Source of the DNA: Bacteroidota bacterium
GTDB taxonomy: Bacteria > Bacteroidota > Bacteroidia > Bacteroidales > Prolixibacteraceae
Direction: 5' to 3'
Length of the DNA: 64,000 bases
Assembly: GCA_023251435.1 (NCBI GenBank)
Contig: JAHEYU010000022.1
Location: forward strand, 5,194 to 69,193
Positions within the stretch are counted from its first letter, which is position 1. Each line of letters opens with the position of its first letter. The notes beneath the pieces are model-generated. The model searched no databases. It worked only from the letters and a program-made list of their open reading frames with translations, and was not told the DNA's origin. Shown piece by piece: positions 37,119-46,085 of this stretch. A program made the translations under genes and the position numbers.

Positions 37119-37126
37119 CATAAAAC
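37119..37126 (-). promoter_or_regulatory. Candidate Bacteroidetes -7 box (TAAATTTG) for the four-gene cassette
   Basis: The reverse complement of CAAATTTA at 37119-37126 matches TAnnTTTG, 72 nt upstream of the ATG at 37047. Motif match only. Confidence 0.25.
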
Positions 37127-37290
37127 CATCAATAACAACACAAAATGTGGAACCGTGAAAAGTTTTTCACATAATATAGCTTTAAAATGTTTTTATACTG
37201 ACGAGGTGACTTATTATACCGATTGCACATTCATAATAGTCCAATTGCGACTTCGTCTTATTGTACTATATTCATGTAGCATCGGCATTA

Positions 37291-37308
37291 ATCCCGATTA
37301 ATCGGGAT
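37291..37308. promoter_or_regulatory. Perfect 18-bp palindrome ATCCCGATTAATCGGGAT
   Basis: All nine base pairs checked position by position. It lies ~245 nt upstream of cassette gene 1 in a 410-nt non-coding stretch. Confidence 0.5.
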
Positions 37309-37453
37309 AATTTATATTTTCTCTTTGGACTGAAATATAAATACAATTGGTATTAATCGACAGAACTGCTAATAGTATCAATCAGGAACATCGAACGAGA
37401 GTCACCCCGTCAGTTGCAACTGCAAATACCGGTTCATTTACCCAAATTGACGT

Positions 37454-37496
37454 AAAAAAAATGCCGTTTGATTTATAGCAAATCAGGCGGCATTTT
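37454..37496 (-). terminator. Rho-independent terminator of the permease gene
   Basis: On the minus strand: AAAATGCCGCCTGATTT / loop / AAATCAAACGGCATTTT with two G-U pairs, followed by a T-run (A54-A61 on the plus strand). Confidence 0.75.
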
Positions 37497-37522
37497 ATTA
37501 TTGTGCAATCTTGGAATAGTTA

Positions 37523-38932
37523 TTACTCCAATTCATCATCCTCTTTCGCATATTTTCGTTTCAGCCAGAAATAAACCGGTATTCCTGACAGGATAAGAAT
37601 CAGACCGATAACTGCTTCGCGTGGGCGGGTTGCAATAGTATTGACGAACAGTCCGATACAAAAAAGAATAAAAATTGCCGGAACATACGGGTAGCCCCAC
37701 ACTTTGTAAGGCCGGTGCGCATCGGGCATTTTGCGTCGCAAAATAAATACCCCGAGCGTGGTAGCGCCGTAAAAGATAAAAACGGCAAAAATCACCATGT
37801 CGGTCAACTGATCGAAGGTACCCGACAGCACCAGCACCGAAGCCCATAATCCCTGCCACAAAAGCGAGTTGGAGGGAACATTAAATTTGTTCAGCTTTTT
37901 GATACCCGAAAAGAAAAGCCCGTTGCGGGCCATCGCATAATATGGACGCGAACCTGTAAGAATACTGGCATTGGTGCATCCCAGTGTGGTCAGCAAAATC
38001 AGCAGTGAAATGAACAAAACCCCTCCGGTTCCCCAGAAACTCCGGACAGCCTCAACCGCAGCAATCTGATTGCCCGCTTCGTGAACCTGAGTCAATTGAG
38101 GAATCGATAAAAGCGACATGTAAGTCACATTCACCAGCAGATAAACAGCGATCACCACAAAAACGCCCATCACAATTCCTTTCGGAATATTTCGGGTAGC
38201 ATCTTTAATCTCTCCACCTATAAAACCAACTGAAACCCATCCCTGATATGCCCAGAAAGCAGCAAGCATTGCCGTAAAAAAGGAAGAGAATGTAACGCTT
38301 CCGCTGATAAGATCGCGGCTATCCATAAAATTGGCCGGTGTGGCAACCGAACTACTTAGTCCAAAAACTATAATCAAAAGAAGGCCTGCACATACCATAA
38401 AAAGTATTGCTCTACTCACCCCTGCCCCACTTTTCAAGCCTGAAATATTGAGAATTGTTAATATCAGGATCAGCAGAATGGCGACAAGCTTAACCCCAAA
38501 ATCCTGAAATGGGAAGAAAACGCCTCCTATCGAAAGATGTTGCAGCGACGAAAAAACTTCGGGAATGGGAATGATGCTGTTCAGCGACTGGGCAAAAACA
38601 TAAGCAAGGGAAGAAATGGTTGCCGTTTGAATAATGGTGAACAGCGACCAGCCATATAAAAAAGCGAAAAAACGGTTGTAAATTTTTTTCAGATAAACAT
38701 ATTCGCCACCGGTATCGGCCAATAATCCGGCCACTTCGGCATTGCTCAAAGCGCCAAAAAGGGTGATAATTCCTCCGACAATCCATGCCGCAAGTATCCA
38801 CGACGATGACTGAAGTTCGGCGGCCATCGGAGCAATTTTCTTATACACTCCTGAACCAATGATATTTGCGACTACAAAAATGATGACATATCCCAATCCG
38901 AGCGTCTTCACCAAATTTCGTTGATTACCCAT
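37523..38932 (-). CDS. APC-superfamily amino acid permease
   Basis: 469 aa, about 12 hydrophobic helices. N-terminal IIGSGVYKK and SNAEVAGLLADTGGEYVYL are typical of amino-acid/polyamine transporters. Confidence 0.9.
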   Translation of the reverse strand: MGNQRNLVKTLGLGYVIIFVVANIIGSGVYKKIAPMAAELQSSSWILAAWIVGGIITLFGALSNAEVAGLLADTGGEYVYLKKIYNRFFAFLYGWSLFTIIQTATISSLAYVFAQSLNSIIPIPEVFSSLQHLSIGGVFFPFQDFGVKLVAILLILILTILNISGLKSGAGVSRAILFMVCAGLLLIIVFGLSSSVATPANFMDSRDLISGSVTFSSFFTAMLAAFWAYQGWVSVGFIGGEIKDATRNIPKGIVMGVFVVIAVYLLVNVTYMSLLSIPQLTQVHEAGNQIAAVEAVRSFWGTGGVLFISLLILLTTLGCTNASILTGSRPYYAMARNGLFFSGIKKLNKFNVPSNSLLWQGLWASVLVLSGTFDQLTDMVIFAVFIFYGATTLGVFILRRKMPDAHRPYKVWGYPYVPAIFILFCIGLFVNTIATRPREAVIGLILILSGIPVYFWLKRKYAKEDDELE

Positions 38933-39106
38933 ATAGAAAGGTGTTTGAAAATGAATAAAGATTCGAAATTAAGAAATTAGTTAGATTTTAGATGATCATT
39001 TTATTTCAGGAAAAGTTTGCTGTTAAAGACTTATTTCAAAACCAATAATTTATTGGCATGGCCTTATACTTTAGGTAAAGTTAATCCTGAATAGAAAACA
39101 TTTTTC

Positions 39107-39114
39107 TACTTTTG
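39107..39114 (+). promoter_or_regulatory. Candidate -7 box TACTTTTG upstream of the ECF sigma gene
   Basis: Exact TAnnTTTG match ending 5 nt before the ATG at 39120. This would imply a near-leaderless transcript. Confidence 0.3.
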
Positions 39115-39119
39115 CTATT

Positions 39120-39704
39120 ATGCAAATTATCCATGGAATACATGAAAAAGATCTGATTGTGCGCCTTAAAAATGGCGACCAAACAGCATTTGAGCTGTTA
39201 TTCCATTTTTATTATCCTGGATTGGTAATGTATTCAACCCAGTTTACTACCGACCGGATGGAAGCCGAAGAAATCGTGCAGAATTTCTTTGTTCGATTCT
39301 GGCAAAAACATCAACAAATTATTCCTTCCGACTCGCTGAAAAACTACTTGTTTTTATCGGTCAAAAATGGCAGCCTGAACTATTTGAAACATAAACGGGT
39401 CGAAGAAAAGTACATCAGGTCGATGAGCGAACTATCCAACCAGCATCTGATTTTCGAACCTGATGTGTATGTAGAAACAGAACTTCAGGAAAAAATAAAA
39501 AATGCAATTGATCTTCTTCCTGAAAAATGCCGCGAAATATTTATCATGAGCCGGATACGCGGACTGAAAAACGAAGAAATCGCCACCGAACTAAACCTCT
39601 CGAAACGAACAGTAGAAACGCAAATCAGCAAAGCGCTGAAAGTAATGAGGATTGAACTGAAAGACTACGCCGGATTATTGGTTTTACTGGGCATCTGGCA
39701 ATAA
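39120..39704 (+). CDS. ECF-type RNA polymerase sigma-70 factor
   Basis: 194 aa. Region 2 (FELLFHFYYPGLVMYSTQF...AEEIVQNFFVRFW) and region 4 (LPEKCREIFIMSRIRGLKNEEIATELNLSKRTVETQISKALK). Confidence 0.9.
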   Translation: MQIIHGIHEKDLIVRLKNGDQTAFELLFHFYYPGLVMYSTQFTTDRMEAEEIVQNFFVRFWQKHQQIIPSDSLKNYLFLSVKNGSLNYLKHKRVEEKYIRSMSELSNQHLIFEPDVYVETELQEKIKNAIDLLPEKCREIFIMSRIRGLKNEEIATELNLSKRTVETQISKALKVMRIELKDYAGLLVLLGIWQ

Positions 39705-39878
39705 TCACGTTTCAAAATAAGAATTTTGTATCGATACCTATTTAGCCTTCACCAAAGCCATTCGGGGCAAACAGACTTCCCTTCCACAAAATAAACTTCC
39801 GGCAATTTCGCGTTCGGGATACGTGTATATTCGGTTTCGGTTGTTTTAATATCAAACAAAAATACATTGGTTAGTAAA

Positions 39879-40853
39879 ATGGCAGAAAACAAGCACATAC
39901 AACAAAAAATTGAAGACCGGTTAACCAGACTTACGAATCAGGAACCTGCAGAGCAAATTCTTTCAGCTCAGCAAATCGTTTCAGAAATTGAAACCATCAA
40001 CAGTCATGCAGCATTTGCTCTGGTTCAAAAACGAATTCAAAACAACAAAAGCACAATTTCTTTGCTGAATACTTTCAGCCGGATTGCCGCCATTCTTTTT
40101 ATTCCGCTGCTGCTTGCTTCTGTCTGGTTTTTTTACAATCAGCAAAAACCAACGCACCAACAATTTGCCATTCAGAAAATTACCAGCCCTCCGGGAATTC
40201 GCTCACAGGTAATTTTGCCCGACGGATCAAAAGTCTGGCTTAATGCCGAAAGTACCATTAAATTTCAGGTACCATTTCAGGAAAACAGCCGAAACATTGA
40301 TATCGTGGGTGAAGCTTTTTTTGATGTCGCCAGAAATCTCGAACAACCTTTTATCGTTCAATCGGGCAGCGTGATGGTAAAAGTATTGGGAACGCGTTTC
40401 AATTATAAAGCATTTGCTGAAGACAAAAATATTGAAGTGGTGCTTGAAGAAGGCAAAATAGCGCTGAACCTGCAAAATGATTCTGAAAATAAGGAAACAA
40501 TTTTGCGCCCCGGCGATCATGCGGTGATTGAAAAAGAAAGTAACAAGACTATCGTCAAGAACGAAAATATTAACAAATACATTGCCTGGCACACCGGGAA
40601 ACTGGTTTTCGACAACAGCCCAATGAGCGAAGTTGCCCGCTTACTCGAAAGATGGTACGGTGTTGAGGTGCAGGTTCAGGATTCGGAAATAATGAACTAC
40701 CGATTTACGACCACTTTCGAAAACGAATCGCTTTTCCAGGTTATCGAATTGCTTGGACTGTCATCACCAATCCGAATCAAATACGTTCCGGCCACAGTTG
40801 GAAAAAATAATCAGGCACAAACAAAATCAAAAGTTATCATCAGCAAAAAATAA
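39879..40853 (+). CDS. FecR-family anti-sigma factor
   Basis: One TM helix (IAAILFIPLLLASVWFFY). FecR core: LPDGSKVWLNAESTIKF...GEAFFDV...PFIVQSG.VMVKVLGTRFN. C-terminal ERWYGVEV. ATG at 39879 preferred over the TTG at 39867. Confidence 0.9.
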   Translation: MAENKHIQQKIEDRLTRLTNQEPAEQILSAQQIVSEIETINSHAAFALVQKRIQNNKSTISLLNTFSRIAAILFIPLLLASVWFFYNQQKPTHQQFAIQKITSPPGIRSQVILPDGSKVWLNAESTIKFQVPFQENSRNIDIVGEAFFDVARNLEQPFIVQSGSVMVKVLGTRFNYKAFAEDKNIEVVLEEGKIALNLQNDSENKETILRPGDHAVIEKESNKTIVKNENINKYIAWHTGKLVFDNSPMSEVARLLERWYGVEVQVQDSEIMNYRFTTTFENESLFQVIELLGLSSPIRIKYVPATVGKNNQAQTKSKVIISKK

Positions 40854-40979
40854 AAACCAATTGCCAATGACAAATTAATTCTCTTTTTAACGAAGAAAGG
40901 AAGTGCGCCAACACTTCCTTCCGGGTTACCCTTAACGGGCAGATCAATAATTGTTTCAAAAAATTAATCATTCAAATCT

Positions 40980-43900
40980 ATGAAAAAAAAGATGAAAATC
41001 TGTTGTTCGGCCCTTGCCGGACACCGAAAAACCTTTAGAATTATGCGGGTTTCACTATTTCTAATCCTGATAAGCGCTTTTCAGGTCCTTGCAGGAGCCA
41101 GTTATTCACAAACGACACGCTTGTCGTTAAACATGAAAAACACAACAGTTAGAGAAGTGCTTGGTCAGATTGAAGACCGAAGTGACTTCTATTTTTTGTA
41201 TAACAACCAACTGATTGATGTAGAGCGAAAAGTTGATGTAGATGTTACAAACGAAAAAATCGACAACATACTTTCGAAACTCTTCGACGATGGTACTGTG
41301 AATGTTTTAATCCGCGATCGTCACATCATTATTACACCGGCTGACGGCGTTTCTTCTATGCAGCAACAAAAATCCGTTTCAGGAAGAGTAACCGACAATT
41401 CAGGAATTGAATTGCCCGGCGTTACGGTTGTTATAAAAGGAACCCAAACCGGAACTGTCACATCGGGCGATGGAAGTTTTTCGCTTGCCGGTATTCCTGA
41501 AAATGCAACCCTGCAATTTTCGTTTATTGGCATGAAAACCCAGGAAGTTTTTGTGGGGAACAAGAGTAATCTGGCAATTACAATGGAAGTCGAAACCTTT
41601 GGTGTTGACGAAGTGGTGGTTACCGCACTCGGTATCAGACGATCGGAAAAAGCGCTGGGATATGCTGTTCAGAAAGTATCGGGCGAAGTTTTAACCACGG
41701 TAAAAGGAATAGATGTTGCAACCTCACTAACCGGTAAGGTGGCCGGGTTAATGGTAAAAAACAGCACGGAGTTTACCGCAGAACCTGATATCCAGATTCG
41801 TGGCGAAAATCCAATTATAGTAATTGATGGTATTCCTTATGGAAACATGACCATGCGTGACGTTCCCTCCGATGACATTGAAACGATTAGTGTACTGAAA
41901 GGAGCTACGGCATCGGCACTTTATGGTTATCGCGGTGCAAGTGGTGCAATCATGATCACCACAAAAAAGGGAAGTGAAAAGAAAGGGCTTTCAGTTGACA
42001 TCAATAGTGGCACCATGTTTTCAGGCGGTTTTCTGGCAATACCCGAAATGCAATCAACCTACGGACGGGTGGTTAATACAGGCACCAATACTTACGCACG
42101 CTCCGGCGATGGTTCATGGGGAGTTCCGTTAGATGGACGTGAAGTAATCCAATGGAACCCAATTTCGAAAACCATGGAAGCCATGCCTTATTTGCCAACG
42201 GGAAAAGACAACTTCAAGAATTTTCTGGAACAAGGTTATATTTTAAACAACAACGTTAGTGTGGTGCAACAAGGCGAATTTGGAAGCTTGCGTTCCTCTG
42301 CCACATGGGTACAAAATAAAGGGCAATATCCAAATTCCAAGTTTGAAAAGATAACCTACAGCTTAGGTGGAGACATGAAAATCAACAAATTCACCTTGTC
42401 ATCCACCATGACTTACAACAAACAGACTTCTCCAAATACTGGCTTTAGCGGATATACCGGCTATGATCCTATGTACAACATCCTTATTTGGGCAGCACCT
42501 GATTACGATATAAGGGATTATAAAGATTACTGGGTTACCAGGAACGAATCGCAAAATAGTAGCTTTACTTCTATTAACAACAACCCTTACTTCGACAGGT
42601 ACGAAAGGACCCACAGCTTAAACAGGGATATTTTTAATGGTACCCTTGCATTAAGTTACGATTTTACAAATTGGCTCAAGGCGACGTTCCGCACCGGCTA
42701 TGACACTTATAGTGACCGTCAGGTGGTTCAGATTTCAAAAGGATCATTCCAGGGTGGAGGAACTTCTACCGTAATTAAAAATGGAACACAGATTTGGGGC
42801 GAATCAATGAAAGGGTCATACAATGTTGGGCTTGGAAGAGGCCACAGCATTAATAACGACTTGATTTTGACAGGTGATAAAACGCTTGGCAATTTTTCTC
42901 TTGACGGACTGGTAGGTGGAACAATTTATTTTAATCAGGATGAAGGTATTGAAGCCAGGACGCAAGGCGGGCTAACCATCCTAGGCTACTATTCACTTAA
43001 ATCTTCCACAAATCCGGCGGTAGTTGGTTCAGTCCTATACAGGCGACAAGTAAACAGCGCGTTTGGACGAATGGCTGTATCGTGGAAAAACATGTTGTAT
43101 GCAGAAGGAACATTCAGAAACGACTGGAGTTCTACTTTATCAGAGAACACCCGTTCTTATTTTTATCCCTCATTGTCAACAAGTTTTATCGCTTCCGAAT
43201 TATTGCCTGAAATGGATTGGCTGTCACTCTGGAAATTGCGCGGATCATGGACAGCTGCAAAAACACCTCCGGGTATTTACGATATAAACAAGGTATATAA
43301 AGTAGAACCAGCAGGTGCAAATGCCTGGGGGACTTTGGGCATGGCAGTATATCCTACTACCATCAGGTTAGAAGATGTTTTTGCTGATGGCAGCGAAACT
43401 TTTGAAATAGGCACAATCATCAAAACATTTCAGAACAGGGCTTCATTAGATGTGTCATATTACAGCAAACGGATGTACGATTTTTTGAGAGCAACAGGGG
43501 TAAGCCCAGCCTCCGGTTTTACAAATAACTATATCAATTCAAAAGAGGAAATTACGCGCAGGGGTTTGGAAATTTCGGCCAATGTGACGCCAGTTAAATC
43601 GGATGACTGGCAGTGGAACATCAACCTCAACTGGTCGAAGTATGCGCGCTACTATACCAAGTTGGATCCTGAATTTTCTGCTGACAAACCATGGGTGAAA
43701 GTGGGAGAACGGGTCGATCACTATATTTTACGCGACTACCAGCGGGATCCTGACGGGAATATCATCCACAATAATGGAGACCCCTTATTTTCGGCTTATG
43801 ACTCCAAGTTTGGCTATTCCGATCCCGATTGGATTTGGGGGGCAAATTCAAGTTTGAAGTACAAAGCTTTTCAATTCAATATCTCAATAGATGGTCGTGT

Positions 43901-44414
43901 AGGTGGCATCGCCCAAACAACCACCGAAATGTATATGTGGATTTCTGGTTCTCATCCAAATTCTGTGATTCCCGAACGTTACCTGGACGCAACCGTAGCT
44001 GGTTCAAAAAATTATATCGGAGAAGGTGTGAAAGTGATGTCGGGAGCCGCAACTTACGATACGTATGGCAACATTCTTACTGATACACGGGTATATGCAA
44101 CAAACGATGTTGCGACAACATACAAAGCTTATATCGCAAAGTATCACAAAGGAACTGCTTGGGGCGGTTCGCCATCGCCTGTCGATGCATACGATGCAAC
44201 CTTCTTCAAAATCAGGGAAATGTCGCTTACCTACGAGTTGCCGAAAAATATTTGTGCTAAATTTTATGCCAAGGGGGCTTCGGTGTCCGCAGTAGGCCAA
44301 AACGTTTATTTATGGGCAAAACAGTTTAAATATTCCGACCCGGATGGGGGCTCTGAAAACTTTAGCGACCCTTCGCAGCGTTACCTTGGTTTTAACCTGA
44401 AGTTTAATTTCTAA
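40980..44414 (+). CDS. SusC/RagA-type TonB-dependent transporter with N-terminal STN signalling domain
   Basis: 1144 aa. STN: NMKNTTVREVLGQIEDRSDFYFLYNN. CarboxypepD_reg: VSGRVTDNSGIELPGVTVVIKGTQTGTVTSGDGSFSL. Plug: VVVTALGIRRSEKALGYAV. Terminal ...FNLKFNF. Confidence 0.95.
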   Translation: MKKKMKICCSALAGHRKTFRIMRVSLFLILISAFQVLAGASYSQTTRLSLNMKNTTVREVLGQIEDRSDFYFLYNNQLIDVERKVDVDVTNEKIDNILSKLFDDGTVNVLIRDRHIIITPADGVSSMQQQKSVSGRVTDNSGIELPGVTVVIKGTQTGTVTSGDGSFSLAGIPENATLQFSFIGMKTQEVFVGNKSNLAITMEVETFGVDEVVVTALGIRRSEKALGYAVQKVSGEVLTTVKGIDVATSLTGKVAGLMVKNSTEFTAEPDIQIRGENPIIVIDGIPYGNMTMRDVPSDDIETISVLKGATASALYGYRGASGAIMITTKKGSEKKGLSVDINSGTMFSGGFLAIPEMQSTYGRVVNTGTNTYARSGDGSWGVPLDGREVIQWNPISKTMEAMPYLPTGKDNFKNFLEQGYILNNNVSVVQQGEFGSLRSSATWVQNKGQYPNSKFEKITYSLGGDMKINKFTLSSTMTYNKQTSPNTGFSGYTGYDPMYNILIWAAPDYDIRDYKDYWVTRNESQNSSFTSINNNPYFDRYERTHSLNRDIFNGTLALSYDFTNWLKATFRTGYDTYSDRQVVQISKGSFQGGGTSTVIKNGTQIWGESMKGSYNVGLGRGHSINNDLILTGDKTLGNFSLDGLVGGTIYFNQDEGIEARTQGGLTILGYYSLKSSTNPAVVGSVLYRRQVNSAFGRMAVSWKNMLYAEGTFRNDWSSTLSENTRSYFYPSLSTSFIASELLPEMDWLSLWKLRGSWTAAKTPPGIYDINKVYKVEPAGANAWGTLGMAVYPTTIRLEDVFADGSETFEIGTIIKTFQNRASLDVSYYSKRMYDFLRATGVSPASGFTNNYINSKEEITRRGLEISANVTPVKSDDWQWNINLNWSKYARYYTKLDPEFSADKPWVKVGERVDHYILRDYQRDPDGNIIHNNGDPLFSAYDSKFGYSDPDWIWGANSSLKYKAFQFNISIDGRVGGIAQTTTEMYMWISGSHPNSVIPERYLDATVAGSKNYIGEGVKVMSGAATYDTYGNILTDTRVYATNDVATTYKAYIAKYHKGTAWGGSPSPVDAYDATFFKIREMSLTYELPKNICAKFYAKGASVSAVGQNVYLWAKQFKYSDPDGGSENFSDPSQRYLGFNLKFNF

Positions 44415-44426
44415 AATACGATCGAT

Positions 44427-45956
44427 ATGAAAAACAAGTATAAATATATAGGTATATGTGCTATCCTCATCTTTTCGTTGCTTTCAAGTTGCAACCAATT
44501 TGAGGAAATGAACACAAACCCTGATACCACTACCACGGTAAGTGCGTCTCTTTTGTGTACAAATGTGGTGTTGAAAGTCGCCAAATTTCCGGGCATTGAT
44601 GCGAAAGCGATGATTTCGGAGAATGCTTTGTCCAAATATGTTGGTTATGCCAACGAAGGCCAGATGGGTACACAATATAACACCATCGGAGGCACCGATT
44701 TTGGAGGATTGACCATTCTTCCGAATATTGAAAAACTGGTAGAATATGCCATAGGAAGCCCCAGTGAAAACTCATACAGGGGTGTAGGCAAATTTGCGAA
44801 AGCCCTTATGTTTTACCGGCTGACCATGCAAGTGGGCGACATGCCATACAGCGAAACAAACCAAGGCGAAAGCGGTAATTTCCGTCCCAAATATGATACT
44901 CAGGAAGCGATACTAACAGGCATATTGGATGAGCTGAAAGAAGCTGACCAATATTTTGCCAATGGGACAACTTTTGCCGGCGACCCTACACCATATAATG
45001 GCGATCCTGCCAAGTGGCGCAGGGCTACCAATGCTTTAGCGCTCAAAATTTTGATGTCGCTGAGCAAAAAAGAAAATGTTGCTTCATTAAACGTGAAAGC
45101 GCGTTTTGCGGAAATTGTAGCCTCAGGCAATCTTTTAACAAATACAACAGGTTATTTTGGACTTGTTTATAATTCAATAAATAAACAGCCAATTTATAGT
45201 ACAAGTCCACTTTTTACCGGTAGAACAATTCTCAGTTCCTTGCTCGTTAACAACCTGAAAAACCTGAACGACAGGCGGATGTATTATTTTGGTGAACCTG
45301 CCCCTGCTGAAATAGCTTCAGGAAAAACCCAAACTGACCCGAACGCTTATGTGGGCGTGGATGTTGCAATGGAATATTCACAAATGAATGCCAACCACAG
45401 CGCCAATAAATACTCGCTGATCAACCTTCGTTACCAGAAGGAAGAAGTTAACGAACCGCGCATGTTGCTTACTTATGCCGAACAACAATTGATACTTGCC
45501 GAAGCTCGCATAAAAGGATGGATTACGACCGGTACAGCAAAAGATTATTATGAGCAAGGAGTTAAATCGGCCTTGGCATCTACAATGGCGGTTAAGTCGG
45601 AATATGCCCATGGGATGGCCATCAACCAAGCTTATATTGATGGTTACTTTACAGGTGAGGCTGCATTTAAAACCACATCTGCAGACCAGTTAAAACAGAT
45701 TTGGATGCAACGGTACATCCTTAATTTCTTTCAGGATGCTCACGGCAGCTTCTTCGAATACAGACGGACAAGTTATCCGGAGTTTCCTATTAATGCGGCA
45801 ACAAGCCTGAATGAGAACAACAAAAACGGAATACCGATGCGTTGGTTGTACCCAAGTTCGGAAACCAATTACAACCGCGAAAACCTCATCGAAGCATTGG
45901 ATCGTCAGTACGAGGGGTTCGATGAAGTAAACAAACTCATGTGGTTGCTGAAATAA
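44427..45956 (+). CDS. SusD/RagB-family outer-membrane lipoprotein
   Basis: 509 aa with lipobox LLSSC. Sits 12 nt after SusC. TPR-like helical content (YAEQQLILAEARIKGW, QIWMQRYILNFF). Confidence 0.85.
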   Translation: MKNKYKYIGICAILIFSLLSSCNQFEEMNTNPDTTTTVSASLLCTNVVLKVAKFPGIDAKAMISENALSKYVGYANEGQMGTQYNTIGGTDFGGLTILPNIEKLVEYAIGSPSENSYRGVGKFAKALMFYRLTMQVGDMPYSETNQGESGNFRPKYDTQEAILTGILDELKEADQYFANGTTFAGDPTPYNGDPAKWRRATNALALKILMSLSKKENVASLNVKARFAEIVASGNLLTNTTGYFGLVYNSINKQPIYSTSPLFTGRTILSSLLVNNLKNLNDRRMYYFGEPAPAEIASGKTQTDPNAYVGVDVAMEYSQMNANHSANKYSLINLRYQKEEVNEPRMLLTYAEQQLILAEARIKGWITTGTAKDYYEQGVKSALASTMAVKSEYAHGMAINQAYIDGYFTGEAAFKTTSADQLKQIWMQRYILNFFQDAHGSFFEYRRTSYPEFPINAATSLNENNKNGIPMRWLYPSSETNYNRENLIEALDRQYEGFDEVNKLMWLLK

Positions 45957-46085
45957 TACTGTTTCGGCCTGTTGAGAAAAAGTAAATATGTATATTTTTG
46001 AAGAATAAGAAATGTGGGCAGCCAGTGAAATAAATAGATTTCCGGAGTTGCTCACATTTATTTTATAAACCCTAAAACCTAAAGA

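Noticed and set aside
37095-37301. 68-aa plus-strand ORF in the non-coding stretch upstream of the cassette.
   Set aside because: It overlaps the putative cassette promoter in antisense, its peptide looks compositionally random, and it contains the palindrome. I treat it as non-coding.
33383-37522. Integrative mobile element (ICE, prophage or transposon) carrying the cassette.
   Set aside because: No integrase, transposase, relaxase, phage structural gene, flanking tRNA or terminal repeats could be found by eye. Only compositional and contextual evidence supports horizontal origin, so I report it as an islet, not a mobile element.
40897-40920. 9-bp hairpin AAGGAAGTG/CACTTCCTT between the FecR and SusC genes as a terminator.
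   Set aside because: No T-run follows (the next bases are CCGGGTTACC), and anti-sigma and SusC genes are normally co-regulated. It may be an RNA stability element, but the evidence is too weak to call.
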